Shown here piece after piece: positions 1-15,000 of a stretch of DNA of 64,000 bases. This stretch comes from Balanoglossus misakiensis. Its lineage: Eukaryota > Animalia > Hemichordata. The stretch lies in assembly GCA_040954595.2 (NCBI GenBank), contig JBECUI020000026.1:62001-126000 (forward strand). The letters run 5' to 3'. A model generated the notes under the pieces. That model made no database searches. It had not been told where the DNA came from and worked only from the letters and a program-made list of their open reading frames with translations. Position numbers and translations under genes: made by a program. The first letter of the stretch is position 1; the number at the start of each line of letters is the position of its first letter.

Positions 1-3000
1 TTTCAAAATCGACGAAATTTTGTGATTTTACAAAGTCGAAAATTTTGTCATTTTTTGATGATTTTCAACCATGATTTTTTTTCAAAAATCGACGAAAATT
101 TGAGATTTTGCAAAGACGAAAATTTGTCATTTTTGATGATTTTTACCCATGATTTTTTTTTCAAAAATGGACGAAATTTTGAGATTTTGCAAAGACGAAA
201 ATTTGTCATTTTTTGATGATTTTCACCCATGATTTTTTTTCAAAAATCGACGAAATTTTGAGATTTTGCAAAGTCGAAAATTTGTCATTTTTTCATGATT
301 TTCACCCATGATTTTTTCAAAAATCGACGAAATTTTGAGATTTTGCAAAGTCGAAAATTTTGTCATTTTTTGATGATTTTCACCCATGTCTTTTTTCAAA
401 TATCGACGAAATTTTGAGATTTTGCAAAGAGGAAAATTTGTCATTTTTTGATGATTTTCAACAATGATTTTTTTTCAAAAATCGACGAAATTTTGAGATT
501 TTGCAGTCAAAAATTTGTCATTTTTTGATGATTTTCAACAATTTTTTTAAAAAATCGACGAAAATTTGAGATTTTGCAGTAAAAAATTTGTCATTTGTTG
601 ATGATTTTCACCCATGATTTTTTCAAAATTGGCAAAATTTTGAGATTTTGCAAAGTCGAAAATTTGTCATTTTTTGATGATTTTCACCCATGATTTTTTT
701 TCACAAATCGACGAAATTTTGAGATTTTGTAGTCGTAAATTTGTCATTTTTTGATGATTTTCCCCCATGATTTTTTTCAAAAATCGACGAAATTTTGAGA
801 TTTTGCAAAGAGGAAAATTTGTCATTTTTTGATAATTTTCAACAATGATTTATTTCAAAAATCGACGAAATTTTGTGATTTTGTAGTCGAAAATTTGACA
901 TTTTTTGATGATTTTCCCCCATGATTTTTTTCTAAAATCGACGAAATTTTGAGATTTTGCAAAGTTGAAAATTTTTCAAAAATCGACGAAATTTATAGAT
1001 TTTGCAAAGAGGAAAATTTGTCATTTTTTGATGATTTTCACCCGTTTTTTTTTCAAAAATCGACGAAATTTTGAGATTTTGCAGTCGAAAATTTGTCATT
1101 TTTTGATGATTTTCACCCATGATTTTTTCAAAATTGACGAAATTTTGAAATTTTGCAGTCGAAAATTTGTCATTTTTTGATCATTTTCCCCATGATTTTT
1201 TTTCAAAAATCGACGAAATTTTGAGATTTTGCAAAGTCGAAAATTTGTCATTTTTTGATGATTTTCACCCAATGTTTTTTTTTCAAAAATGGACGAACCC
1301 ATGATTTTTTTCAAAATCGACGAAATTTTGAGATTTTGCAAAGTCGAAAATTTGTCATTGTCATGATGATTTTCAACCATGATTTTTTTCAAAAATTGAC
1401 GAAATTTTGAGATTTTGCAGTCAAAAATTTGTCATTTTTTGATGATTTTCACCCATGATTTTTTTCAAAAATCGACGAAATTTTCAGATTTTGCAAAGTC
1501 GAAAATTTGTCATTTTTAGATGATTTTCACCCGTCTTTTTTCAAAAAATCGACGAAATTTTGAGATTTTGCAAAGAGGAAAATTTGTCATTTTTTGATAA
1601 TTTTCAACAATGATTTATTTCAAAAATCGACGAAATTTTGAGATTTTGCAGTCGAAAATTTGTCATTTTTTGATGATTTTCCCCCATGATTTTTTTCTAA
1701 AATCGACGAAATTTTGAGATTTTGCAAAGTTGAAAATTTTTCAAAAATCGACGAAATTTATAGATTTTGCAAAGACGAAAATTTGTCATTTTTGATGATT
1801 TTTACCCATGATTTTTTTTCAAAAATGGACGAAATTTTGAGATTTTGCAAAGACGAAAATTTGTCATTTTTTGATGATTTTCACCCATGATTTTTTTTCA
1901 AAAATCGACGAAATTTTGAGATTTTGCAAAGTCGTAAATGTGTCATTTTTTGATGATTTTCACCCGTTTTTTTTTTAAATTTGTCATTTTTTGATGATTT
2001 TCACCCATGTTTTTTTTTAAAAAATCGACGAACCTATGATTTTTTTCAAAATCGACGAAATTTTGTGATTTTACAAAGTCGAAAATTTTGTCATTTTTTG
2101 ATGATTTTCAACCATGATTTTTTTTCAAAAATCGACGAAAATTTGAGATTTTGCAAAGACGAAAATTTGTCATTTTTGATGATTTTTACCCATGATTTTT
2201 TTTTCAAAAATGGACGAAATTTTGAGATTTTGCAAAGACGAAAATTTGTCATTTTTTGATGATTTTCACCCATGATTTTTTTTCAAAAATCGACGAAATT
2301 TTGAGATTTTGCAAAGTCGAAAATTTGTCATTTTTTCATGATTTTCACCCATGATTTTTTCAAAAATCGACGAAATTTTGAGATTTTGCAAAGTCGAAAA
2401 TTTTGTCATTTTTTGATGATTTTCACCCATGTCTTTTTTCAAATATCGACGAAATTTTGAGATTTTGCAAAGAGGAAAATTTGTCATTTTTTGATGATTT
2501 TCAACAATGATTTTTTTTCAAAAATCGACGAAATTTTGAGATTTTGCAGTCAAAAATTTGTCATTTTTTGATGATTTTCAACAATTTTTTTAAAAAATCG
2601 ACGAAAATTTGAGATTTTGCAGTAAAAAATTTGTCATTTGTTGATGATTTTCACCCATGATTTTTTCAAAATTGGCAAAATTTTGAGATTTTGCAAAGTC
2701 GAAAATTTGTCATTTGTTGATGATTTTCACCCATGATTTTTTCAAAATTGGCAAAATTTTGAGATTTTGCAAAGTCGAAAATTTGACATTTTTTGATGAT
2801 TTTCCCCCATGATTTTTTTCTAAAATCGACGAAATTTTGAGATTTTGCAAAGTTGAAAATTTTTCAAAAATCGACGAAATTTATAGATTTTGCAAAGAGG
2901 AAAATTTGTCATTTTTTGATGATTTTCACCCGTTTTTTTTTCAAAAATCGACGAAATTTTGAGATTTTGCAGTCGAAAATTTGTCATTTTTTGATGATTT

Positions 3001-6000
3001 TCACCCATGATTTTTTCAAAATTGACGAAATTTTGAAATTTTGCAGTCGAAAATTTGTCATTTTTTGATCATTTTCCCCATGATTTTTTTTCAAAAATCG
3101 ACGAAATTTTGAGATTTTGCAAAGTCGAAAATTTGTCATTTTTTGATGATTTTCACCCAATGTTTTTTTTTCAAAAATGGACGAACCCATGATTTTTTTC
3201 AAAATCGACGAAATTTTGAGATTTTGCAAAGTCGAAAATTTGTCATTGTCATGATGATTTTCAACCATGATTTTTTTCAAAAATTGACGAAATTTTGAGA
3301 TTTTGCAGTCAAAAATTTGTCATTTTTTGATGATTTTCACCCATGATTTTTTTCAAAAATCGACGAAATTTTCAGATTTTGCAAAGTCGAAAATTTGTCA
3401 TTTTTTGATGATTTTCACCCTTGATTTTCTTCAAAAATCGACGAAATTTTGAGATTTTGCAAAGTCGAAAATTTGTCATTTTTTGATGATTTTCACCCAT
3501 GATTTTTTTCAAAAATCGATGAAATTTTGAGATTTTGCAGTAAAAAAATTGTCATTATTTGATGATTTTCGACCATGATTTTTTTCAAAATTGACGAAAT
3601 TTTGAGATTTTGCAGTCGAAAATTTGTCATTTTTTGATCATTTTCCCCCATGATTTTTATCAAAAATCGACGAAATGTTGAGATTTTGCAAAGTCGAAAA
3701 TTTGTCATTTTTTCATGATTTTCACCCATGATTTTTTCGAAAATCGACGAAATTTTGAGATTTTGCAAAGTCGAAAATTTGTCATTTTTTGATGATTTTC
3801 ACCCATGTCTTTTTTCAAAAATCGACGAAATTTTGAGATTTTGCAAAGAGGAAAATTTGTCATTTTTTTGATGATTTTCAACAATGATTTTTTTTCAAAA
3901 ATCGACGAAATTTTGAGATTTTGCAGTCAAAAATTTGTCATTTTTTGATGATTTTCAACAATTTTTTTAAAAAATCGACGAAAATTTGAGATTTTGCAGT
4001 AAAAAAATTGTCATTTTTTGATGATTTTCACCCATGATTTTTTCAAAATTGGCAAAATTTTGAGATTTTGCAAAGTCGAAAATTTGTCATTTTTTGATGA
4101 TTTTCCCCCATGATTTTTTTCTAAAATCGACGAAATTTTGAGATTTTGCAAAGTTGAAAATTTTTCAAAAATCGACGAAATTTATAGATTTTGCAAAGAG
4201 GAAAATTTGTCATTTTTTGATGATTTTCACCCATGATTTTTTTCAAAATTGACGAAATTTTGAGTTTTTGCAGTCGAAAATTTGTCATTTTTTGATGATT
4301 TTCACCCGTTTTTTTTTCAAAAATCGACGAAATTTTGAGATTTTGCAGTCGAAAATTTGTCATTTTTTGATGATTTTCACCCATGTCTTTTTTTAAAAAT
4401 CGACGAAATTTTGAGATTTTGCGAAGTCGAAAATTTGTCATTTTTTGATGATTTTCACCCATGATTTTTTCAAAAATTGACGAAATTTTGAGATTTTGCA
4501 AAGTCGAAAATTTGTCATTTTTTGATGATTTTCACCCATGATTTTTTTCAAAAATCGACGAAATTTTGAGATTTTGCAAAGTCGAAAATTTTGTCATTTT
4601 TTGATGATTTTCAACCATTATTTTTTTTCAAAAATCGACGAAAATTTGAGATTTTGCAAAGACGAAAATTTGTCATTTTTGATGATTTTTACCCATGATT
4701 TTTTTTCAAAAATGGACGAAATTTTGAGATTTTGCAAAGACGAAAATTTGTCATTTTTTGATGATTTTCACCCATGATTTTTTTTCAAAAATCGACGAAA
4801 TTTTGAGATTTTGCAAAGAGGAAAATTTGTCATTTTTTCATGATTTTCACCCATGGTTTTTTTCCAAAAATCGACGAAATTTTGAGATTTTGCAAAGTCG
4901 TAAATGTGTCATTTTTTGATGATTTTCACCCGTTTTTTTTTCAAAATTTGTCATTTTGTGATGATTTTCACCCATGTTTTTTTTTAAAAAATCGACGAAC
5001 CTATGATTTTTTTCAAAATCGACGAAATTGTTAGATTTTACAAAGTCGAAAATTTGTCATTTTTTGATGATTTTCCCCCATGATTGTTTTCAAAAATTGA
5101 CGAAATTTTGAGATTTTGCAAAGTCGAACATTTGTCATTTTTTGATGATTTTCACCCATGTTTTTATTTAAAAAAATCGACGAACCCATGATTTTTTTCA
5201 AAACCGACGAAATTTTGAGATTTTGCAAAGTCGAAAATTTGTCATTTTTTGATGATTTTCACCCATGATTTTTTTCAAAAATCGACTAAATGTTGAGATT
5301 TTGCAGTCAAAAATTTGTCATTTTTTGATGGTTTTCACCCATATTATTTTTTAAAAACCGACGAAATTTTGAGATTTTGCAAAGACGAAAATTTGTCATT
5401 TTTTGATGATTTTCATCAATGATTTTTTCAAAAATTGACGAAATTTTGAGATTTTGCAAAGTCGAAAATTTGTCATTTTTTGATGATTTTCCCCCGTTTT
5501 TTTTTTTAAATGGACGAAATTTTGAGATTTTGCAAAGACGAAAATTTGTCATTTTTTGATGATTTTCACCCGTTTTTTTTTCAAAATTTGTCATTTTGTG
5601 ATGATTTTCACCCATGATTTTTTCAAAAATTGACGAAATTTTGAGATTTTGCAAAGTCGAAAATTTGTCATTTTTTGATGATTTTCACCCGTTTTTTTTT
5701 CAAAATTTGTCATTTTGTGAATATTTTCACCCATGTTTTTTTTTAAAAAATCGACGAACCTATGATTTTTTTCAAAATCGACGAAATTGTGAGATTTTAC
5801 AAAGTCGAAAATTTGTCATTTTTTGATGATTTTCACCCATGTCTTTTTTTAAAAATCGACGAAATTTTGAGATTTTGCGAAGTCGAAAATTTGTCATTTT
5901 TTGATGATTTTCACCCATGATTTTTTCAAAAATTGACGAAATTTTGAGATTTTGCAAAGTCGAAAATTTGTCATTTTTTGATGATTTTAACCCATGATTT

Positions 6001-9000
6001 TTTTCAAAAATCGACGAAATTTTGAGATTTTGCAAAGTCGAAAATTTGTCATTTTTTGATGATTTTCCCCCGTTTTTTTTTTTAAATGGACGAAATGTTG
6101 AGATTTTGCAAAGACGAAAATTTGTCATTTTTTGATGATTTTCACCCATGATTTTTTCAAAAATTGACGAAATTTTGAGATTTTGCAAAGTCGAAAATTT
6201 GTCATTTTTTGATGATTTTCACACATGATTTTTTTCAAAAATCGACGAAATTGTGAGATTTTGCAAAGACGAAAATTTGTCATTTTTTGATGATTTTTAC
6301 CCATGATTTTTTTTCAAAAATGGACGAAATTTTGAGATTTTGCAAAGTCGAAAATTTGTTATTTTTTGATGATTTTCACCCATGTCTTTTTTTAAAAATC
6401 GACGAAATTTTGAGATTTTGCAAAGAGGAAAATATGTCATTTTTTCATGATTTTCCCCCATGATTTTTTTCAAAAATCGACGAAATTTTGAGATTTTGCA
6501 AAGTCGACGAAAATAGGTCATTTTTTGATGATTTTCACCCGTTTTTTTTTCAAAATTTGTCATTTTTTGATGATTTTCACCCATGTTTTTTTTTAAAAAA
6601 TCGACGAACCTATGATTTTTTTCAAAATCGACGAAATTTTGTGATTTTACAAAGTCGAACATTTTATCATTTTTTGATGATTTTCAACCATGATTTTTTT
6701 TCAAAAATCGACGAAAATTTGAGATTTTGCAAAGACGAAAATTTGTCATTTTTGATGATTTTTACCCATGATTTTTTTTCAAAAATGGACGAAATTTTGA
6801 GATTTTGCAAAGACGAAAATTTGTCATTTTTTGATGATTTTCACCCATGATTTTTTTTCAAAAATCGACGAAATTTTTAGATTTTGCAAAGTCGAACATT
6901 TGTCATTTTTTGATGATTTTCACCCATGTTTTTATTTAAAAAAATCGACGAACCCATGATTTTTTTCAAAACCGACGAAATTTTGAGATTTTGCACAATC
7001 GAAAATGTGTCATTTTTTGATGATTTACACCCATGTCTTTTTTTAAAAATCGACGAAATTTTGAGATTTTGCAAAGAGGAAAATTTGTCATTTTTTGATG
7101 ATTTTCACCCTTGATTTTCTTCAAAAATCGACGAAATTTTGAGATTTTGCAAAGTCGAAAATTTGTCATTTTTTGATGATTTTCACCCATGATTTTTTTT
7201 AAAAATCGACGAAATTTTGAGATTTTGCAAAGAGGAAAATTTGTCATTTTTTGATGATTTTCACCCTTGATTTTCTTCAAAAATCGACGAAATTTTGAGA
7301 TTTTGCAAAGTCGAAAATTTGTCATTTTTTGATGATTTTCACCCATGATTTTTTTCAAAAATCGATGAAATTTTGAGATTTTGCAGTAAAAAAATTGTCA
7401 TTATTTGATGATTTTCGACCATGATTTTTTTCAAAATTGACGAAATTTTGAGATTTTGCAGTCGAAAATGTGTCATTTTTTGATGATTTTCACCCGTTTT
7501 TTTTTCAAAATTTGTCATTTTTTGATGATTTTCACCCATGTTTTTTTTTTAAAAATCGACGAACCTATGATTTTTTTCAAAATCGACGAAATTTTGTGAT
7601 TTTACAAAGTCGAAAATTTTGTCATTTTTTGATGATTTTCAACCATGATTTTTTTTCAAAAATCGACGAAAATTTGAGATTTTGCAAAGACGAAAATTTG
7701 TCATTTTTGATGATTTTTACCCATGATTTTTTTTCAAAAATGGACGAAATTTTGAGATTTTGCAAAGTCGAAAATTTGTCATTATTTGATGATTTTCACC
7801 CATGTCTTTTTTTAAAAATCGACGAAATTTTGAGATTTTGCAAAGAGGAAAATTTGTCATTTTTTCATGATTTTCCCCCATGATTTTTTTCAAAAATCGA
7901 CGAAATTTTGAGATTTTGCAAAGTCGAAAATTTGTCATTTTTTGATGATTTTCACCCATGATTTTTTCAAAAATTGACGAAATGTTGAGATTTTGCAAAG
8001 TCGAAAATTTGTCATTTTTTGATGATTTTCACCCATGATTTTTTTCAAAAATGGACGAAATTTTGAGATTTTGCAAAGACGAAAATTTGTCATTTTTTGA
8101 TGATTTTCACCCATGATTTTTTTTTTCAAAAATCGACGAAATTTTGAGATTTTGCAAAGAGGAAAATTTGTCATTTTTTCATGATTTTCCCCCATGATTT
8201 TTTTCAAAAATCGACGAAATTTTGAGATTTTGCAAAGTCGAAAATTTTGTCATTTTTTGATGATTTTCAACCATGATTTTTTTCAAAAATCGACGAAAAT
8301 TTGAGATTTTGCAAAGATGAAAATTTGTCATTTTTGATGATTTTTACCCATACTTTTTTTTCAGAAATGGACGAAATTTCGAGATTTTGCAAAGACGAAA
8401 ATTTGTCATTTTTTGATGATTTTCACCCATGATTTTTTTTCAAAAATCGACGAAATTTTGAGATTTTGCAAAGTCGAAAATGTGTCATTTTTTGATGATT
8501 TTCACCCGTTTTTTTTCAAAATTTGTCATTTTTTGATGATTTTTACCCATGATTTTTTTTCAAAAATGGACGAAATTTTGAGATTTTGCAAAGTCGAAAA
8601 TTTGTTATTTTTTGATGATTTTCACCCATGTCTTTTTTTAAAAATCGACGAAATTTTGAGATTTTGCAAAGAGGAAAATTTGTCATTTTTTTCATGATTT
8701 TCCCCCATGATTTTTTTCAAAAGTCGACGAAATTTTGAGATTTTGCAAAGTCGACGAAAATGTGTCATTTTTTGATGATTTTCACCCGTTTTTTTTCAAA
8801 AATCGACGAAATTTTGAGATTTTGCAAAATCGAAAATTTGTCATTTTTTGATGATTTTCACCCATGATTTTTTTCAAAAATCGACGAAATTTTGAGATTT
8901 TGCAAAGTCGAAAATTTGTCATTTTTTGATGATTTTCACCCATGATTTTTTCAAAAATTGACGAAATGTTGAGATTTTGCAAAGTCGAAAATTTGTCATT

Positions 9001-12000
9001 TTTTGATGATTTTCACCCATGATTTTTTTCGACGAAATTTTGAGATTTTGCAAAGTCGAAAATTTGTCATTTTTTTGATGATTTTCACCCATGATTTTTT
9101 TCAAAAATCGACGAAATTTTGAGATTTTGCAAAGTCGAAAATTTGTCATTTTTTGATGATTTTCACCCATGATTTTTTTCAAAATTGACGAAATTTTGAG
9201 ATTTTGCAAAGTCGAAAATTTCTCATTTTTTGGTGCATTTTCACCCATGATTTTTTTTCAAAAATCGACGAAATTGTGAGATTTTGCAAAGTCGAAAATT
9301 TGTCATTTTTTGATGATTTTCACCCATGATTTTTATTCAAAATTGACGAAATTTTGAGATTTTGCAAAGTCGAAAATTTGTCATTTTTTCATGATTTTCC
9401 CCCATGATTTTTTTCAAAAATCGACGAAATTTTGAGATTTTGCAAAGTCGACGAAAATGTGTCATTTTTTGATGATTTTCACACATTTTTTTTCAAAAAT
9501 CGACGAAATTTTGAGATTTTGCAAAATCGAAAATTTGTCATTTTTTGATGATTTTCCCCCATGATTGTTTTTTAAAAATGGACGAAAGTTTGAGATTTTG
9601 CAAAGACGAAAATTTGTCATTTTTGATGATTTTTACCCATGATTTTTTTTCAAAAATGGACGAAATTTTGAGATTTTGCAAAGACGAAAATTTGTCATTT
9701 TTTGATGATTTTCACCCATGATTTTTTTTCAAAAATCGACGAAATTTTGAGATTTTGCAAAGTCGTAAATGTGTCATTTTTTGATGATTTTCACCCGTTT
9801 TTTTTAAATTTGTCATTTTTTGATGATTTTCACCCATGTTTTTTTTTAAAAAATCGGCGAACCTATGATTTTTTTCAAAATCGACGAAATTTTGTGATTT
9901 TACAAAGTCGAAAATTTTGTCATTTTTTGATGATTTTCAACCATGATTTTTTTTCAAAAATCGACGAAATTTTGAGATTTTGCAAAGTCGTAAATGTGTC
10001 ATTTTTTGATGATTTTCACCCGTTTTTTTTTAAATTTGTCATTTTTTGATGATTTTCACCCATGTTTTTTTTTAAAAAATCGACGAACCTATGATTTTTT
10101 TCAAAAATCGACGAAAATTTGAGATTTTGCAAAGACGAAAATTAGTCATTTTTGATGATTTTTACCCATGATTTTTTTTTCAAAAATGGACGAAATTTTG
10201 AGATTTTGCAAAGACGAAAATTTGTCATTTTTTGATGATTTTCACCCATGATTTTTTTTCAAAAATGGACGAAATTTTGAGATTTTGCAAAGACGAAAAT
10301 TTGTCATTTTTTGATGATTTTCACCCATGATTTTTTTTCAAAAATCGACGAAATTTTGAGATTTTGCAAAGTCGTAAATGTGTCATTTTTTGATGATTTT
10401 CACCCGTTTTTTTTTCAAAATTTGTCATTTTTTGATGATTTTCACCCATGTTTTTTTTAAAAAAATCGACGAACCTATGATTTTTTTCAAAATCGACGAA
10501 ATTTTGTGATTTTACAAAGTCGAAAATGTGTCATTTTTTGATGATTTTCACCCGTTTTTTTTTCAAAATTTGTCATTTTTTGATGATTTTCACCCGTTTT
10601 TTTTTCAAAAATGGACGAAATTTTGAGATTTTGCAAAGACGAAAATTTGTCATTTTTTGATGATTTTCACCCATGATTTTTTTTCAAAAATCGACGAAAT
10701 TTTGAGATTTTGCAAAGTCGTAAATGTGTCATTTTTTGATGATTTTCACCCGTTTTTTTTTCAAAATTTGTCATTTTTTGATGATTTTCACCCATGTTTT
10801 TTTTAAAAAAATCGACGAACCTATGATTTTTTTCAAAATCGACGAAATTTTGTGATTTTACAAAGTCGAAAATGTGTCATTTTTTGATGATTTTCACCCG
10901 TTTTTTTTCAAAATTTGTCATTTTTTGATGATTTTCACCCGTTTTTTTTTCAAAAATCGACGAAATTTTGAGATTTTGCAAAGTCGAAAATGTGTCATTT
11001 TTTGATGATTTTCACCCGTTTTTTTTTCAAAATTTGTCATTTTTTGATGATTTTCACCCATGTTTTTTTTTAAAAAATCGACGAACCTATGATTTTTTTC
11101 AAAATCGACGAAATTTTGTGATTTTACAAAGTCGAAAATTTTGTCATTTTTTGATGATTTTCAGCCATGATTTTTTTTCAAAAATCGACGAAAATTTGAG
11201 ATTTTGCAAAGACGAAAATTTGTCATTTTTTGATGATTTTCACCCATGATTTTTTTTCGAAAATCGACGAAATTTTGAGATTTTGCAAAGAGGAAAATTT
11301 GTCATTTTTTCATGATTTTCCCCCATGATTTTTTTCAAAAATCGACGAAATTTTGAGATTTTGCAAAGTCGAAAATTTTGTCATTTTTTGATGATTTTCA
11401 ACCATGATTTTTTTCAAAAATTGACGAAAATTTGAGATTTTGCAAAGATGAAAATTTGTCATTTTTGAAGATTTTTACCTATAATTTTTTTTCAGAAATG
11501 GACAAAATTTGAGATTTTGCAAAGACGAAAATTTGTCATTTTTTGATGATTTTCACCCATGATTTTTTTTCAAAAATCGACGAAATTTTGAGATTTTGCA
11601 AAGTCGAAAATGTGTCATTTTTTGATGATTTTCACCCGTTTTTTTTTCAAAATTTGTCATTTTTTGATGATTTTTACCCATGATTTTTTTTCAAAAATGG
11701 ACGAAATTTTGAGATTTTGCAAAGTCGAAAATTTGTTATTTTTTGATGATTTTCACCCATGTCTTTTTTTAAAAATCGACGAAATTTTGAGATTTTGCAA
11801 AGAGGAAAATTTGTCATTTTTTCATGATTTTCCCCCATGATTTTTTTCAAAACTCGACGAAATTTTGAGATTTTGCAAAGATGAAAATTTGTCATTTTTG
11901 ATGATTTTTACCCATTATTTTGTTTCAGAAATGGACGAAATTTTGAGATTTTGCAAAGACGAATATTTGTCATTTTTTGATGATTTTCACCCATGATTTT

Positions 12001-15000
12001 TTTTCAAAAATCGACGAAATTTTGAGATTTTGCAAAGTCGAAAATGTGTCATTTTTTGATGATTTTCACCCGTTTTCTTTTCAAAATTTGTCATTTTTTG
12101 ATGATTTTTACCCATGATTTTTTTTCAAAAATGGACGAAATTTTGAGATTTTGCAAAGTCGAAAATTTGTTATTTTTTGATGATTTTCACCCATGTCTTT
12201 TTTTAAAAATCGACTAAATTTTGAGATTTTGCAAAGAGGAAAATTTGTCATTTTTTCATGATTTTCCCCCATGATTTTTTCAAAAATCGACGAAATTTTG
12301 AGATTTTGCAAAGTTGAAAATGTGTCATTTTTTGATGATTTTCACCCGTTTTTTTTCAAAAATCGACGAAATTTTGAGATTTTGCAAAGATGAAAATTTG
12401 TCATTTTTGATGATTTTTACCCATTATTTTGTTTCAGAAATGGACGAAATTTTGAGATTTTGCAAAGACAAATATTTGTCATTTTTTGATGATTTTCACC
12501 CATGATTTTTTTTCAAAAATCGACGAAATTTTGAGATTTTGCAAAGTCGAAAATGTGTCATTTTTTGATGATTTTCACCCGTTTTCTTTTCAAAATTTGT
12601 CATTTTTTGATGATTTTTACCCATGATTTTTTTTCAAAAATGGACGAAATTTTGAGATTTTGCAAAGTCGAAAATTTGTTATTTTTTGATGATTTTCACC
12701 CATGTCTTTTTTTAAAAATCGACTAAATTTTGAGATTTTGCAAAGAGGAAAATTTGTCATTTTTTCATGATTTTCCCCCATGATTTTTTCAAAAATCGAC
12801 GAAATTTTGAGATTTTGCAAAGTTGAAAATGTGTCATTTTTTGATGATTTTCACCCGTTTTTTTTCAAAAATCGACGAAATTTTGAGATTTTGCAAAATC
12901 GAAAATTTGTCATTTTTTGATGATTTTCCCCCATGATTTTTTTTTTAAAATGGACGAAATTTTGAGATTTTGCAAAGACGAAAATTTGTCATTTTTGATG
13001 ATTTTTACCCATGATTTTTTTTCAAAAATCGACGAAATTTTGAGATTTTGCAAAGTCGAAAATGTGTCATTTTTTGATGATTTTCACCCGTTTTCTTTTC
13101 AAAATTTGTCATTTTTTGATGATTTTTACCCATGATTTTTTTTCAAAAATGGACGAAATTTTGAGATTTTGCAAAGTCGAAAATTTGTTATTTTTTGATG
13201 ATTTTCACCCATGTCTTTTTTTAAAAATCGACGAAATTTTGAGATTTTGCAAAGAGGAAAATTTGTCATTTTTTCATGATTTTCCCCCATGATTTTTTCA
13301 AAAATCGACGAAATTTTGAGATTTTGCAAAGTTGAAAATGTGTCATTTTTTGATGATTTTCACCCGTTTTTTTTCAAAAATCGACGAAATTTTGAGATTT
13401 TGCAAAATCGAAAATTTGTCATTTTTTGATGATTTTCCCCCATGATTTTTTTTCAAAAATTGACGAAAATTTGAGATTTTGCAAAGATGAAAATTTGTCA
13501 TTTTTGAAGATTTTTACCTATAATTTTTTTTCAGAAATGGACAAAATTTGAGATTTTGCAAAGACGAAAATTTGTCATTTTTTGATGATTTTCACCCATG
13601 ATTTTTTTTCAAAAATCGACGAAATTTTGAGATTTTGCAAAGTCGAAAATGTGTCATTTTTTGATGATTTTCACCCGTTTTTTTTTCAAAATTTGTCATT
13701 TTTTGATGATTTTTACCCATGATTTTTTTTCAAAAATGGACGAAATTTTGAGATTTTGCAAAGTCGAAAATTTGTTATTTTTTGATGATTTTCACCCATG
13801 TCTTTTTTTAAAAATCGACGAAATTTTGAGATTTTGCAAAGAGGAAAATTTGCCATTTTTTCATGATTTTCCCCCATGATTTTTTTCAAAACTCGACGAA
13901 ATTTTGAGATTTTGCAAAGATGAAAATTTGTCATTTTTGATGATTTTCACCCATGATTTTTTTTCAAAAATCGACGAAATTTTGAGATTTTGCAAAGTCG
14001 AAAATGTGTCATTTTTTGATGATTTTCACCCGTTTTCTTTTCAAAATTTGTCATTTTTTGATGATTTTTACCCATGATTTTTTTTCAAAAATGGACGAAA
14101 TTTTGAGATTTTGCAAAGTCGAAAATTTGTCATTTTTTGATGATTTTCACCCGTTTTTTTTCAAAAATCGACGAAATTTTGAGATTTTGCAAAATCGAAA
14201 ATTTGTCATTTTTTGATGATTTTCCCCCATGATTTTTTTTTAAAAATGGACGAAATTTTGAGATTTTGCAAAGACGAAAATTTGTCATTTTTGATGATTT
14301 TTACCCATGATTTTTTTTTCAAAAATGGACGAAATTTTGAGATTTTGCTAAGACGAAAAATTTTCATTTTTTGATGATTTTCACCCATGATTTTTTTTCA
14401 AAAATCGACGAAATTTTGAGATTTTGCAAAGTCGTAAATGTGTCATTTTTTGATCATTTTCACCCGTTTTTTTTTCAAAATTTGTCATTTTTTGATGATT
14501 TTCACCCATGATATTTTTCAAAAATCGAAAAAATTTTGAGATTTTGCAAAGTCGAAAATTTGTCATTTTTTGATGATTTTCACCCATGATTTTCTTCAAA
14601 AATCGACGAAATTTTGAGATTTTGCAAAGTCGAAAATTTGTCATTTTTTGATGATTTTCACCTATGATTTTTGTCAAAAATCAACAAAATTTGAGATTTT
14701 GCAACGTCGAAAATTTGTCATTTTTTTGATGATTTTCACCCATGATTTTTTTCAAAAATCGACGAAATTTTTAGATTTTGCAAAGTCGAAAATTTGTCAT
14801 TTTTTGATGATTTTCACCGATGATTTTTTTCAACAATCGAAAAAATTTTGAGATTTTGCAAAGTCGAAAATGTGTCATTTTTTGATGATTTTCACCCGTT
14901 TTTTTTTCAAAATTTGTCATTTTTTGATGATTTTCACCAATGATATTTTTCAAAAATCGAAAAAATTTTGAGATTTTGCAAAGTCGAAAATTTGTCGTTT

